Positions 1 to 10,536 are shown, numbered from the stretch's first letter. The stretch is DNA of 64,000 nucleotides from Candidatus Cybelea sp. (GCA_036726365.1 DAIMCN010000012.1:3730-67729), one strand, 5' to 3'. The notes: generated from the letters alone by a model not told the origin. Program-made: numbers and translations.

Positions 1-4
1 GGCT

Positions 5-1897
5 GTGACGTCGTATGGCGGACGCCGCGTCTGCAACCGTTGCGCGCAAAAACGCGCCGCGACCAGCGCGCTGCCGTTCCTGGGTGCCGCCCTGGCGGCG
101 GCCGGTCTGATTGCCGGAAGCGCCTTGCTCGCCGAGCGAATGCAAGGCGAGGGAGAAGCGTCGCCTTTCGACACACTCGGCCGGCGGCTGCGCGGTAGAA
201 CGCCGACCCTAGAGACCTTTTCTCGCGATCTCACCGAACTGGCGCGAAACGGCAAACTGGATCCGGTGATCGGACGCGATCAGGAAATCGAACGCGTCGT
301 TTCAATTCTCGCACGACGCAGCAAGAACAACCCATGTCTGATCGGCGAACCCGGCGTTGGAAAAACCGCAATCGTCGAAGGCCTCGCTGCGCGCATCGTT
401 GCCGGCGACGCGCCGGCTTCCTTGCGTGGAAAACGGGTGCTCGCGCTTTCGCTTGGCCCACTAGTCGCGGGAACGAAGTACCGCGGCGAGTTCGAGGGCC
501 GCGTCAAGCGAATTCTGGATGAAGTCAAACGCAGCGCGCGTGACATCATCCTGTTTATCGACGAGCTGCATACGCTCGTCGGCGCCGGCGCGGCTGAGGG
601 AGCACCCCTCGATTTGAGTACGATGATCAAACCCGAGCTGGCCCGGGGGGACCTGCAATGCATCGGCGCCACGACCTTCGACGAATATCGCAAGTACATT
701 GAATCCGATGCCGCGCTGGAGCGCCGGTTTCAGCCCGTCATGGTTGAGGAACCCAGCATCGATGAAACGATCGAGATATTGCGCGGTTTGCGCGAGCGCT
801 ACGCTCGCCATCACCACGTTACGATCGATGAGGGGGCGATCGCGACAGCGGCTCAGCTTGCGGCGCGATACATCGCGGATCGTTTTATGCCCGACAAGGC
901 GATCGATCTTATGGACGAGGCCGCCGCATCGGTCACATTAGCCAACAAGGGCGCGGTAGAACAGCCTCGCGTCACCAGTGCCGACGTTGCATCGGTGGTA
1001 ACTCGGTGGACCGGCATTCCGCAAAGTTCGCTGACCGAATCGCAAGCCAGTCGCCTGCTAGAGCTCGAGCGGCTTCTCGCAGCGCGCGTCATCGGTCAAG
1101 ATCGCGCGATCGCCGCCGTATCCGATGCGATTCGACGGGCTCGTACGGGTCTGCACGATCCGCGCAAACCGCTGGGCAGCTTTCTCTTTCGCGGTCCGAG
1201 CGGCGTTGGAAAGACCGAGCTCGCAAAGGCGCTGGCAGAAGTGCTATTCGGCAGCGAAGCCGCGTTAGTGCGCATCGACCTATCCGAGTTCACCGAGCCG
1301 CATACCGTGTCGCGACTGCTCGGCGCGCCGCCGGGCTATGCGGGACACGACGAGGCCGGTCAGCTTACCGAACCGGTACGGCGACGCCCCTATTGCGTCG
1401 TCCTGTTCGACGAGCTTGAAAAGGCGCACCCCGACGTTGCCGCGATTCTGCTGCAGATTCTCGACGATGGACGCGTCACCGATGCCAAGGGGCGCACGAT
1501 CGATTTTCGCCACACGCTCATTATCCTGACGACGAATCTGCAGGACGACGAAGTGCCGATTGCCTTACGCTCCGAACTGCTCGATCGTATCGATGAGCTG
1601 GTGCCATTCCGAGAACTTGGTCTGCCGCAAATCGAGGCCATCGTGACGATTCACGTCGATGCGTTGGCAAGACGACTCGGAGCACGCAACGTTACCCTCA
1701 ACCTTTCCGATGAAGCCAAGCTCTATTTGGCGCGCGTTTCGATGGGTGCGGGCAGCGGCGCTCGCTACGTACAACGTACGGTCTCGCATTATGTTTCAAC
1801 GCCGTTGTCTACGGCGTTGCTTCGCGGTGAGCTGCGCGACGGTTCGGGAGCCGACGTCGTCCTCGACGGCGACGTGCTCCGAGTGCGGGCAGCGTAA
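5..1897 (+). CDS. Atypical Clp/Hsp100-family double-AAA+ ATPase (ClpC/ClpB-like core without Clp_N or M-domain)
   Basis: 630-aa ORF. D1 has Walker A GEPGVGKT, Walker B ILFIDELH and pore KYRGEFE. D2 has Walker A GPSGVGKT, Walker [12 protein letters not shown] and pore PPGYAGH. The N-terminus has CNRC plus a hydrophobic helix [22 protein letters not shown]. The GTG start lies 4 nt from the window edge and the frame is open upstream, so the true N-terminus is uncertain. Confidence 0.8.
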   Translation: MTSYGGRRVCNRCAQKRAATSALPFLGAALAAAGLIAGSALLAERMQGEGEASPFDTLGRRLRGRTPTLETFSRDLTELARNGKLDPVIGRDQEIERVVSILARRSKNNPCLIGEPGVGKTAIVEGLAARIVAGDAPASLRGKRVLALSLGPLVAGTKYRGEFEGRVKRILDEVKRSARDIILFIDELHTLVGAGAAEGAPLDLSTMIKPELARGDLQCIGATTFDEYRKYIESDAALERRFQPVMVEEPSIDETIEILRGLRERYARHHHVTIDEGAIATAAQLAARYIADRFMPDKAIDLMDEAAASVTLANKGAVEQPRVTSADVASVVTRWTGIPQSSLTESQASRLLELERLLAARVIGQDRAIAAVSDAIRRARTGLHDPRKPLGSFLFRGPSGVGKTELAKALAEVLFGSEAALVRIDLSEFTEPHTVSRLLGAPPGYAGHDEAGQLTEPVRRRPYCVVLFDELEKAHPDVAAILLQILDDGRVTDAKGRTIDFRHTLIILTTNLQDDEVPIALRSELLDRIDELVPFRELGLPQIEAIVTIHVDALARRLGARNVTLNLSDEAKLYLARVSMGAGSGARYVQRTVSHYVSTPLSTALLRGELRDGSGADVVLDGDVLRVRAA

Positions 1898-1907
1898 AGG
1901 AAATCGC

Positions 1908-3722
1908 TTAGGGCAAGAGCGCTGCGCCTGAGTTCGTCGCAGGCGATAGCGCCAGCGCGACCGGTGCGCTGACCCCAGTGCTCAACGTCATCCACGATGC
2001 TCCGGCGTACGGTGGAGGATACTCCGTAACCGTGTTGTTCCCATAGTTGGCGACGTAGAGGTTGCCGAGCACGTCAATGGCGAGCGCAATCGGCTGGCTT
2101 TGGCCGCCGCCGATCGTCGTAGGCGGGTTGGTATAGGGCGCGACATATTCGGTGACCGTGTTCGCGCCTTGATTCGGAACAAAGAGATTGGCCGAGGCGC
2201 TTAATGCAATCGTGCCCTGTTCGTTCACGCCGTTGCTGATCGTGGCGATCGGCGCGCTTTGGTTCGAATAGGGCGGCGAGTACTCCACTACCGAGTTTGG
2301 CGTCGAGTTGAGGTTTGCGACAAAGAGATTGCCATGCGCGTCGAGCGCTAATGAGTTCGGCGCGTTCAGCCCTTTGGCGATCGTGGTCGGCGCACCACCA
2401 TATGGCGGCGCATATATCGTGACGGTATTGGCGGCTGCGTTGAGGACGAAGAGATTGGCGTTCGAATCGAGCGCCAAGCTGACAGGATCGTCCACGTTTG
2501 ACGAAATCACCTGCGACGGCGCGCCGCCGTACGGCGGGGAGTAAACCGTCACGGTGTTACTGCCGTTCCCGTTAGCCACAAACAAGTCGCCGCGGTTATC
2601 GAGCGCCAGCGCCTGGGGATGGTTAACGCCGTTGGCAATCGCGGTTGGTGCTTGACTGTACGGCGGCGCGTAAACGCCGACGTTACCCGGCTGGTTTGCG
2701 ACGAAGAGATTTCCGGAGGCGTCAAAAACTAGTGCCTGCGGGTTCGTTACGCCGTTTTGAATCGTCTGCAAGGGGGCGCTCTGCGCGTTAACGTAGAGCG
2801 TCACGCTGTTGATAGTTGAATTCGCAACGCCTAATATCTGGCGGAAATTTACGCGCATCGTGCCGCTGCAGACCGCTCCGGATTGCGCGCAAGGGTTGGA
2901 CGGGCCGAGATAGTTGGCCGTCGCACGCAAAATCGCCGAGCCGGCGCTGGCGACCGCGGGACCCGAAACGTAAAATAGATTCGGTGCGAGCGTCGTCGCC
3001 TGCGTAACTGCAAGAGGCAATGAGCCGCCGGCCTGACTTAGTGAATAGCTTGCGCCACCGCTTCCGATGATGACGTTCTGATTCGCGTCGAGCAACTCGA
3101 CGAGAAACGCATGCTTCCCGGCGCCGTAGAGATCGACTCCACCTTGCGAGTTCTGACCACTCATAGCCGAAGCGGGGACGATTTGGAGCTGGGCCGGCAC
3201 GCCGCTCGTCGTGAGGTTCAGAACGTTACTCGTGGTTGCCGCAACGGTGAACGCAACCGCGGAGGCTCCAATCGTTCCCGTATAGGTCCCAGCCGGAAGG
3301 GTTAACGCGAGCTGACAAGTGGTGCCGCCCGACGACGGAGTGCACCCCGTAGCGTTCGGCCCGACCGAAACGGTTTGACTGATCGTGGTAGGCCCGCTCA
3401 TGTTGATCGGAAGAAGCTGGGCGCCGCCCGATGGCGGCGCACTTCCGGTCACGGCCGGGGGCGCCGCCGTCATGATCGGTGCCGTGACGCCGAAGGTTTG
3501 CGGTGTCGGCGAAGGCGCAACGACGACGGATTTGGATGGCGGGGCATTGTACTGGGTCGCGCCCGGTACGTAGATTCGCACGACCGTATTACCGGAGCCG
3601 CCTGCGCCGCCGTTGCCGGCCGGCATCATCATGCCGCTCTGACTCCCTCCACCGGCGCACCCGCCTGCAAAGACGGCAATGCCCAACGCCGCTGCCGACA
3701 CCGCGGATTTTATCCGAAGCAT
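1908..3722 (-). CDS. NHL-repeat beta-propeller lipoprotein (secreted)
   Basis: The internal ATG at 3722 gives a lipobox-type signal MLRIKSAVSAAALGIAVFAGGC. The C-terminal ~280 aa are tandem ~43-aa units of the form N.P..LALD..GNLFVAN..N.V..Y.PPY. The longer ORF start at 3800 would overlap the upstream gene. Confidence 0.75.
   Translation of the reverse strand: MLRIKSAVSAAALGIAVFAGGCAGGGSQSGMMMPAGNGGAGGSGNTVVRIYVPGATQYNAPPSKSVVVAPSPTPQTFGVTAPIMTAAPPAVTGSAPPSGGAQLLPINMSGPTTISQTVSVGPNATGCTPSSGGTTCQLALTLPAGTYTGTIGASAVAFTVAATTSNVLNLTTSGVPAQLQIVPASAMSGQNSQGGVDLYGAGKHAFLVELLDANQNVIIGSGGASYSLSQAGGSLPLAVTQATTLAPNLFYVSGPAVASAGSAILRATANYLGPSNPCAQSGAVCSGTMRVNFRQILGVANSTINSVTLYVNAQSAPLQTIQNGVTNPQALVFDASGNLFVANQPGNVGVYAPPYSQAPTAIANGVNHPQALALDNRGDLFVANGNGSNTVTVYSPPYGGAPSQVISSNVDDPVSLALDSNANLFVLNAAANTVTIYAPPYGGAPTTIAKGLNAPNSLALDAHGNLFVANLNSTPNSVVEYSPPYSNQSAPIATISNGVNEQGTIALSASANLFVPNQGANTVTEYVAPYTNPPTTIGGGQSQPIALAIDVLGNLYVANYGNNTVTEYPPPYAGASWMTLSTGVSAPVALALSPATNSGAALLP
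1911..2750 (-). repeat. Tandem coding repeats (about 6.5 NHL-type blades of ~130 nt each)
   Basis: Repeated protein units, e.g. VNHPQALALDNRGDLFVANGNGSNTVTVYSPPYGGAP, VDDPVSLALDSNANLFVLNAAANTVTIYAPPYGGAP and LNAPNSLALDAHGNLFVANLNSTPNSVVEYSPPY. Confidence 0.7.
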
Positions 3723-3726
3723 TGCG

Positions 3727-4242
3727 CTATCGCAGAACGCGCTCGACGTTGCTGCGCATGTCGGCCGGCGATATCTCGCCAACGACGATCTTGCGAACAA
3801 TTCCGCCGCGATCGATGAAGACGTGCACCGGCAGTCCGTTCACGTTGAATTGGTCGCGCAGTGTGCCCGCGTCGACAACGATCGGGTAGCTGAGATGGTG
3901 CTGGCTGCGAAACGCGGCCGCCTTGCGGCCGTTCTCTAGGACGTCGACCCCGACCACTCGGAGGCCGCGCGCGCCGTACGTTCGTTGGAGCGCCTCGATC
4001 GCCGGAGCCTCTTGATTGCACGGCGGACACCACGTCGCAAAAAAGTTAAGGTAGACGGCCTTGCCATGCAGCGAAGCAAGCGCGAGATTCGGGCCCGGAA
4101 GACTCGGCTCGATCCAGTTCGGGGCCGGGCGTCCGACGCGCGCCGGTTGGGATTGCGCGACCTGCGACCCGGCGTTCACACCGTGGCTGCACGCTGCAAG
4201 TGCGCATGAAATGAGAATCACCTGCGGGGTGCCCCTAGCCAT
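3727..4242 (-). CDS. TlpA/ResA-like thiol:disulfide oxidoreductase lipoprotein
   Basis: Thioredoxin-fold motif YLNFFATWCPPCNQEAP. The internal ATG at 4242 gives the signal MARGTPQVILISCALAAC. This start overlaps the ribF stop by 8 nt, and the gene ends 4 nt before the NHL gene start. Confidence 0.8.
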   Translation of the reverse strand: MARGTPQVILISCALAACSHGVNAGSQVAQSQPARVGRPAPNWIEPSLPGPNLALASLHGKAVYLNFFATWCPPCNQEAPAIEALQRTYGARGLRVVGVDVLENGRKAAAFRSQHHLSYPIVVDAGTLRDQFNVNGLPVHVFIDRGGIVRKIVVGEISPADMRSNVERVLR

Positions 4243-5149
4243 AGCTTGGATAGCCAATCGATTGACGGTCGCGCAGCATCTGCTCGACAAGTTCGCCGAC
4301 GTCAGCGAAAAGCCGCTGGTCGCGTACGTAGCGCAGCTCGCGCAAGGCGAGCTCGCGGCCGTAGATCGTGTAGTGGAAATCCCGCAGCCATGCCTCGACG
4401 GTGCGCGTCTTTCCATCGAATTGCGGGTTGGTTCCGATCGAGACTAGCGCCGCATAATCGCGCCCCTCGTATCGGGCCACCGAGGAATAGACGCCGTCTT
4501 TCGGCAGCAGCTTATGGGGAACGCGCACGTTGGCGGTCGGAAAGCCAAGCGTGCGACCGCGTCCGGCTCCAGTCTCGACGGGACCGCGAATCTCATAACC
4601 GGTTCCGCCCAGCAGTCGATCGGCCTGGGCGAGCCGACCCTGGCCGATCAGCGCTCGAATGCGCGTGCTGGAGATGCGCTCGCCGCCCTCCGCGACGTGT
4701 TCTACAGGGACCAACCGGACATCGTGCCGCGTGAAATAGTTGTGCATCATCGCAACGTCTCCGGTTCGCTTGTGACCGAATCGAAACGTCGAGCCGACAA
4801 CGACTCCGCGAACGCCCAGCCGTTGAGCTAAAATTTCTAGAAATGCTTCGGGCCGAAGCGTCGCGACGTCGTCGTCGAACTTGACGAAGAAGCATTCTTC
4901 AAAGCCGGCATCCGCGAAGAGTGTCAGACGTTCTTCGGGCGTGCAAAGCAACGGAGGTTCAGTTCCCGGGTGCAGGTGCGTCGACGGATGGTTGGCAAAC
5001 GTGAGCAGGCCCGAGCGCCATCCCGGCTTGCGTAACAGAAGCGTTTGCCGAGCGATCTCTCGATGGCCCCGATGGAAGCCGTCGAAAAACCCAATCGCCA
5101 AGACGAGCGGTCGTGAAGCGTCCCGCACAAAGTCATGATGGACCCGCAT
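4235..5149 (-). CDS. ribF: Bifunctional riboflavin kinase / FMN adenylyltransferase
   Basis: GFFDGFHRGHREI adenylyltransferase motif, a C-terminal riboflavin kinase region (GFPTANV...), and a conserved position after truB. Confidence 0.9.
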   Translation of the reverse strand: MRVHHDFVRDASRPLVLAIGFFDGFHRGHREIARQTLLLRKPGWRSGLLTFANHPSTHLHPGTEPPLLCTPEERLTLFADAGFEECFFVKFDDDVATLRPEAFLEILAQRLGVRGVVVGSTFRFGHKRTGDVAMMHNYFTRHDVRLVPVEHVAEGGERISSTRIRALIGQGRLAQADRLLGGTGYEIRGPVETGAGRGRTLGFPTANVRVPHKLLPKDGVYSSVARYEGRDYAALVSIGTNPQFDGKTRTVEAWLRDFHYTIYGRELALRELRYVRDQRLFADVGELVEQMLRDRQSIGYPSYG

Positions 5150-6040
5150 TTATGTGAAGACCTTGCGTGGTGCGAGCAATGCCCCGAGCGCTTCGCCTAC
5201 GCCGACGAGCGCGCGCGATTCGTCGCGAACGAAAACGTGTCGCGCCGTCGCGCCTTCCGGCAGCGGCACAACGCGCCCCGCCCGAAAATCCGCCGAGCCG
5301 CGTAAGTCCAATACGATCGTCGGAAATGGAATGATGTGTTCGGGCGCGATCAGCGCACGCTCCGGCGCATGCGCAATCTCTTCCAGCGTGAGCGCCTCGT
5401 ACAGCACGAACGGTCCTGAGGCCTCACGCACGAGGGCACCCATGTGCGCGGGCACATCCATGGCCTCGCCGAGGTCGTGGCAGAGCGTGCGGACGTATGT
5501 GCCCTCGCTGCAGGCAACGCGCAGCCGAGCCGCGCCCTGCCCCGAGCCCGTCGAAGGGTCGACGCCAAGCAGCGTCAAGCCGTAAATCGTGACGCTCCGC
5601 GACTTTCGTTCGACGGTTTTTCCCTCGCGGGCCAACTCGTAGAGGCGTTTGCCCTGATATCGCGCCGCCGAATACATCGGCGGCACTTGCGCGATTTTTC
5701 CCACGAAATCGGGCAGCACGCGCTCCAAGCGTTGTGGCCAATCGGCCGGTGGAGCTCGTTGCTCGATCGTTTCGCCGTGCGCGTCTTGCGTTGTCGTCGA
5801 ACGCCCCAGAACCAGCATGCACGCGTAGCTCTTGCGTTGATCCACGAGCAGCGGGATCAATCGTGTGGCTTTGCCGATCGCCAACGGCAGCACCCCGGCT
5901 GCCTGCGGATCGAGCGTGCCGAGATGCCCGGCGGTGAGTTTTCGATCGGCCGCGTACAGTGCGTAAATTCGACGCACGCGCGACACTGCGCGCGCCGAAC
6001 TCGGCCCGGCCGCTTTGAAGAGGTTGACGAAACCGATCAC
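5150..6040 (-). CDS. truB: tRNA pseudouridine(55) synthase
   Basis: GHLGTLDPQAAGVLPLAIGKATRL catalytic-Asp motif and synteny rbfA-(nrnA)-truB-ribF. Confidence 0.9.
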   Translation of the reverse strand: MIGFVNLFKAAGPSSARAVSRVRRIYALYAADRKLTAGHLGTLDPQAAGVLPLAIGKATRLIPLLVDQRKSYACMLVLGRSTTTQDAHGETIEQRAPPADWPQRLERVLPDFVGKIAQVPPMYSAARYQGKRLYELAREGKTVERKSRSVTIYGLTLLGVDPSTGSGQGAARLRVACSEGTYVRTLCHDLGEAMDVPAHMGALVREASGPFVLYEALTLEEIAHAPERALIAPEHIIPFPTIVLDLRGSADFRAGRVVPLPEGATARHVFVRDESRALVGVGEALGALLAPRKVFT

Positions 6041-6103
6041 ACTTCGTCCTTCGACTCTGCGTCGATAGGCTCAGCGTCGCTCAGGGCAGGTTCGGACGTG
6101 AAA

Positions 6104-7084
6104 CTATAAGCCTTCGGAGATCAGCGCCGCTTCGACCGCTTCGAACGCAGCCGGCAGCGAGCCACGATAGGTCAACCCCGACGCTCGAAAGTGACCGCCA
6201 CCGCCAAGGCGTTGGGCCGCGGCCTGAACGTTGAGGCGCCCGCCGGAACGCAAGCTTACGCGAATCTCTCCTTCGATCGCTTTGAAGAGCGCGGCGACGT
6301 CGACGCCTTCCTGCCCCAGCAGCGTGTTGACCATATCCTCGGTGTCTTCGCCGTCGGCACCTGTTAGCGCGAGCATCGCATCGTCAACGTACGAGTAACA
6401 GTAGCGTCCGTCGTGCCTGAAGCGCATCTCGTCGATGATGCGTCCCAACAGCTTCGTTGCCGCTACACGTCTGCGCAAGAAAATCTCTTCGGTGATCTGC
6501 TCCTTGTCCGCGCCAAGGTGCATTAGCTCCGCGGCAAGCTGCAACGCCTCCGGCGTGGTGTTCGAGTGCATGAATCCGCCGGTGTCGGTCATGACCGTCG
6601 CTAGAATGCAGGTCGCGATTGATGCATCGACTGGAACGCCCAGCCGGCGCAACAAATGCATCACGACGCTGCCCGTCGAGCACTCCTCCTCCAGCACGAA
6701 ATTGAGCTTGCCGAAGAGCGAGTTGCCCAGATGGTGATCGATGTCGAGCATGTTCTCCCGCTCGACCGGCGGCAAATACTCGCCGGCCCGTCGCCAATCG
6801 CTCATATCGCAAAAAACGTACAGCGTATCCGCGGGAAGATCCGGCGGGAGCTCTCGACTGACGAGCTGCGCCTCCGGCAAGAACCGGAGATTGCGCGGCA
6901 CCTCGTCCTGTTGAAAATACGCAACCCGCTTGCCCTGCCGTTTGAGCGCCAACCCCAGCGCAAGTCCGGCCCCAAGCGTATCGCCGTCGGGTTTTACGTG
7001 ACTAACCATTACGAATGAGCTGCGCCGGCGCAACTCATCGACGACTTCTTGCGCCGACGCTACGCGCGGCGTGCTCTCAATCAT
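6104..7084 (-). CDS. nrnA: DHH/DHHA1 phosphoesterase (NrnA-like oligoribonuclease/pAp phosphatase)
   Basis: Motifs HVKPDGDTLG, DIDHH and GGGGHFRASG. The ATGA overlap with the rbfA stop is at 7081-7084. Confidence 0.8.
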   Translation of the reverse strand: MIESTPRVASAQEVVDELRRRSSFVMVSHVKPDGDTLGAGLALGLALKRQGKRVAYFQQDEVPRNLRFLPEAQLVSRELPPDLPADTLYVFCDMSDWRRAGEYLPPVERENMLDIDHHLGNSLFGKLNFVLEEECSTGSVVMHLLRRLGVPVDASIATCILATVMTDTGGFMHSNTTPEALQLAAELMHLGADKEQITEEIFLRRRVAATKLLGRIIDEMRFRHDGRYCYSYVDDAMLALTGADGEDTEDMVNTLLGQEGVDVAALFKAIEGEIRVSLRSGGRLNVQAAAQRLGGGGHFRASGLTYRGSLPAAFEAVEAALISEGL

Positions 7085-7455
7085 TCGTTTTCCTCCGGGA
7101 CAACGTTCAGCGCAGCCTCACGCAGGGTCTTGGCGAGCGCGATTGCCCGTTCCGCCGAACGATCCTCGACGAAAACGAGCTCCGGCGTGTGACGCAGATC
7201 GATCTTTCGGCCGAGCTCCCCGCGCAGAAATCCGCTGGCGTGCTTCAATGCGTCGAGCGATTGCCGTGCCTGATGCCGGTCGCCTATCACCGAAACGAAG
7301 ACCTTACAGCGTCGCAGATCGTCGCTCACCTCGACGCGCGTCACCGTGACGAAGGCCAGCCGCGGATCTTGCAGCTCCTGCGAAATTAAGGTTCCTAAGA
7401 TGCGTTGCACCTCGTGGTCGATCTTGGCAATCCGCTGCGGTTTCATATTAGGCAT
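7081..7455 (-). CDS. rbfA: Ribosome-binding factor A
   Basis: 124 aa, located directly after infB, with typical RbfA N-terminus R.A.I..E..RIL..L and a KH-like core. Confidence 0.85.
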   Translation of the reverse strand: MPNMKPQRIAKIDHEVQRILGTLISQELQDPRLAFVTVTRVEVSDDLRRCKVFVSVIGDRHQARQSLDALKHASGFLRGELGRKIDLRHTPELVFVEDRSAERAIALAKTLREAALNVVPEENE

Positions 7456-7494
7456 CCAATCGTGAAGGCACGAGGAGGGCTAAGCCTGCTGTCT

Positions 7495-10158
7495 TCACGC
7501 GCGCACCAGTTCCGGAGCGACGTGTTCGACTGCGTAGGCTTCAATGACGTCGCCTTCTTTGAGGTCTTGGAATTTCGCGATCTGGATGCCGCATTCAAAC
7601 CCTTCGGCAACTTCGCGCACGTCGTCTTTAAAGCGGCGGAGGCCTTCGATTTCACCAACGAAGACTACGGCGGCGTCGCGAATGACGCGCGCCTTGGCGT
7701 TGCGCGTAATCTTGCCGCCGGTTACGTAGCAACCCACGATCGTACCGACGCGGCTGACCTTGAAGACTTGGCGCACTTCGGCTCGGCCCAGGATGACCTC
7801 GCGCTCCACGGGAGTGAGCATTCCTCGCATGGCTTTCTTGAGGTCGTCTTCGATTTCGTAGATCACTTGATAGAAGCGGAGGTCGACTCCCTCGTTTTCC
7901 GCCAGCCTGCGGGCCGTCTCGTCGGGGCGAATGTTGAAGCCGATCAACACCCCGTTGGAAGCACTCGCGAGATTGACGTCGTTGGGCGAAATCGCGCCAA
8001 CGCCGCCGTGGATGACGCGAATCTCAACGTCGTCGGTCGAAAGCGATTCCATGCGTCCGCGCAGCGCTTCGAGCGAGCCTTGGCCGTCGGCTTTGATGAT
8101 CAGATTGAGCACCTTCTTGCCCTCGGCCGGCATCGACATGAACGTCTCGAGGGAGACGCGCTGAGTACTGGTCGCGGCCATACGCACGTCGCGGCGACGT
8201 GTCGCACGTTTTTCCGCGGTCTCGCGGGCAACCCGCTCGTCGCTGACGACACTCAGTGTATCGCCCGCCGCAGGAACGTCGGAGAGGCCCATCACTTCGA
8301 CCGGGATCGATGGCCCGGCTTTCTTGACCTGTTTCCCCTTATCGTCGATGAGCGCGCGGACTTTGCCGAAGGTGCCTCCGGCAACGACGATGTCGCCGAC
8401 GCGCAACGTCCCGTTTTGCACCAGCACAGTTGCGACGGCACCGCGGCCACGGTGCAGCGCCGACTCGATGACGACGCCGCTGGCGCGCCTATTTTTGTTC
8501 GCGCGCAGCTCTCGAATGTCGGCCTCGAGCAGCACCGTATCGAGTAGCCCGTCGATTCCGTCGCCGGTTTTCGCCGAGACCGGAACCATTTCGACGGTCC
8601 CGCCCCAGTCGACGGACTGCAGCCCTTGTTCCATCAGCTGCTGCTTGACGCGATCGGGTTGCGCGTCGGGGCGGTCCATCTTGTTGATCGCAACGACGAT
8701 CGGAACGTTGGCGGCTTTAACGTGCGCGATGGCCTCTTTGGTTTGCGGCATGACGCCGTCGTCGGCTGCGACGACGAGAATCGCCACGTCAGTCACCTTG
8801 GCACCACGAGCGCGCATTGCGGTAAACGCTTCGTGGCCGGGCGTATCTACGAAGGTGATCTTGCGATCGTTCCGCTCGACGGTGTACGCGCCGATCTTCT
8901 GCGTGATGCCGCCGGCTTCGCCGGCTGCGACGTTCGCCTGTCGAATTTTGTCGAGCAGCGACGTCTTGCCGTGGTCGACGTGGCCGAGCACCGTCACCAC
9001 CGGCGGACGCGCCGTCAACATTTCCGGCTTGTCCTCTTCCTGGTCTACGGTAACTTCTTCGCCGGCCTCTTTGACGACCGCGTTGAAACCGAAGCGCTTT
9101 GCGATTTGGATCGCGACGTCGCTCGAAATGTTCTGATTGATGGTCGCCATCGTTCCGATCTTAATGAGCTCGGTGATGACGTCACGGGCCGGAACGATCA
9201 TCGACGTTGCCAACTCTTGCACGGTCAGCAAGTCTGGAATCTCGATCGTTTCGAGCGTCCGCGCTGGTGCGGCGACTACCGAGTCGCCCTTCTTTTTGCG
9301 TTGCCGCTCTTTTTCAAGCAGCAGCTCTTTCTCGCGATCTTTTTTCGCGGTCGCCTTATCTTCGTGCGTCCGCGGTCGATCGCCGGGACGGCCTCCGGCT
9401 GAGGGCGCCGGCATTTCTGACGGCGGCGCACCGGGCCGGCTTGGCGCGGGGCGCACGCCGGGCGTCATCGCGCGGAACGGACCGTTTCCGACCCGCCGCT
9501 GCGGTGGAACGGCACGTGGCGGGGCTACGATCCGGCCGATCGTCGGCGCGCTCTTTCCGCCCTGTCCGGGCATGACCTCGCCCGGGCGTGGCGCCACACC
9601 GGGACGCCCAGGCAGACCGGTTTGCGGCCCGGGGGATGCCGAGGCGGCGGTGCTCGGCGGGGGCGGACGGCGCGCGATCGTCGCTTGACCCGACGGGACC
9701 GGACGCAGCTGCGGGATGTTTTCGGCCGCTGGCCGCGCTGGCTTGCGTTCGAGCAGCGGCGGAGCGGGAGCCTGCGCTGGAACCTGCGCTACTGGGGTTT
9801 GCGCCGCCGGGGCTTGCGCCGCCGGGGCTTGCGCTGCGGGTCGAGCCGCGGCTCCGGTGACGGGGCGCAGACGTTGGACTGGCGGCGCTGAGACTGGCTT
9901 GGAGGGCGCCGCTTTAGGCGCGACCGGCTTCGCGGTTGCGCCGCTGGGCGGGGGGCTGGCCTTCGGAGGGGGGGAGGGCTTTTCGCTGGGCGTCAGCAGC
10001 ACGCTACGGACCAGATCGGCGATCTGATCCGGGACGACGCTTAATTGATTCTTTGCCTCGAAGACGCCGCCGAGGCGCTCGTTGAAGAGCGCCGAGAGCT
10101 CTTTCGAGGTGAGTCCGAGCTCCTTCGCGAGCTCAAAGATCCTTACTTTTCCGGCCAA
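7495..10158 (-). CDS. infB: Translation initiation factor IF-2
   Basis: GTPase motifs [20 protein letters not shown] and NKMD. The N-terminal linker is long and P/A-rich. TTG start, with synteny after nusA-ylxR. Confidence 0.95.
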   Translation of the reverse strand: MAGKVRIFELAKELGLTSKELSALFNERLGGVFEAKNQLSVVPDQIADLVRSVLLTPSEKPSPPPKASPPPSGATAKPVAPKAAPSKPVSAPPVQRLRPVTGAAARPAAQAPAAQAPAAQTPVAQVPAQAPAPPLLERKPARPAAENIPQLRPVPSGQATIARRPPPPSTAASASPGPQTGLPGRPGVAPRPGEVMPGQGGKSAPTIGRIVAPPRAVPPQRRVGNGPFRAMTPGVRPAPSRPGAPPSEMPAPSAGGRPGDRPRTHEDKATAKKDREKELLLEKERQRKKKGDSVVAAPARTLETIEIPDLLTVQELATSMIVPARDVITELIKIGTMATINQNISSDVAIQIAKRFGFNAVVKEAGEEVTVDQEEDKPEMLTARPPVVTVLGHVDHGKTSLLDKIRQANVAAGEAGGITQKIGAYTVERNDRKITFVDTPGHEAFTAMRARGAKVTDVAILVVAADDGVMPQTKEAIAHVKAANVPIVVAINKMDRPDAQPDRVKQQLMEQGLQSVDWGGTVEMVPVSAKTGDGIDGLLDTVLLEADIRELRANKNRRASGVVIESALHRGRGAVATVLVQNGTLRVGDIVVAGGTFGKVRALIDDKGKQVKKAGPSIPVEVMGLSDVPAAGDTLSVVSDERVARETAEKRATRRRDVRMAATSTQRVSLETFMSMPAEGKKVLNLIIKADGQGSLEALRGRMESLSTDDVEIRVIHGGVGAISPNDVNLASASNGVLIGFNIRPDETARRLAENEGVDLRFYQVIYEIEDDLKKAMRGMLTPVEREVILGRAEVRQVFKVSRVGTIVGCYVTGGKITRNAKARVIRDAAVVFVGEIEGLRRFKDDVREVAEGFECGIQIAKFQDLKEGDVIEAYAVEHVAPELVRA

Positions 10159-10293
10159 ATTCTCTCTCGAGCGCGCGGCGCTCGAGTCCCATCAGTTGGA
10201 GTGCGCGGAGCCCCAACCGACGGTTTTGGCTCCGCTAGGTAATCAAAGGTTCGCCCTCATCGGAGGGATCGGTCGTTTTGAACAGTCATGAGT

Positions 10294-10536
10294 TTATGTT
10301 TTGCACGAGCTCTTTATTAAACCATATTCGGCCGCTGCGGTGCCAAGCCCCGGGTACCGCTTGTTCTTGCGGGCACGCTCCGCGCACTGCGCCGAGCAGA
10401 GATACGCTCCACGCCCAGCCCGCCGGCGACGAAAGCCAGGCTGATCGGCCTGCCACCCGAGCGTCGTGCGCACAAAGCGCCTAAGGTCGGATTGCGCAAA
10501 CCGTTGCCGGCAACCGACGCAGGTGCGTATCGGATT
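10294..10536 (-). CDS. ylxR: YlxR/DUF448 family protein (RnpM-like), start codon unresolved
   Basis: My own translation of the frame not listed in the ORF track reads NPIRTCVGCRQRFAQSDLRRFVRT...GRGAYLCSAQCAERARK, stopping at TAA 10294-10296. RTCVGCR and GRGAYLC are the YlxR hallmarks, and the position between nusA and infB is canonical. There is no in-frame ATG/GTG/TTG between the upstream stop (10681-10683) and the CxxC. Confidence 0.6.
   Translation of the reverse strand, partial: NPIRTCVGCRQRFAQSDLRRFVRTTLGWQADQPGFRRRRAGRGAYLCSAQCAERARKNKRYPGLGTAAAEYGLIKSSCKT

Noticed and set aside
7405-8547. Long antisense or alternate-frame ORFs throughout the track, e.g. 7405-8547 (+), 15855-16796 (+), 23538-24533 (+), 26782-27954 (+), 43424-44539 (+) and 58600-59472 (-).
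   Set aside because: These are typical GC-rich shadow ORFs: Arg/Ala/Gly/Pro-dominated, with no motifs, each fully overlapping a strongly supported gene on the other strand or in another frame.
9794-9838. Three tandem 15-nt repeats (GGGG[TC]TTGCGC[CT]GC[CG]) that could look like a micro-satellite or CRISPR-like signal.
   Set aside because: They lie inside infB and encode the AAQAP-type low-complexity linker of IF-2. There are no spacers and no array structure.
10166-10186. Perfect 9-bp palindrome CTCGAGCGC-GCG-GCGCTCGAG, 8 nt upstream of the infB TTG start.
   Set aside because: It could modulate IF-2 translation. However, a GC-rich palindrome built on XhoI-like CTCGAG in a GC-rich genome is weak evidence on its own, and I have no conservation data, so it is not promoted to a finding.
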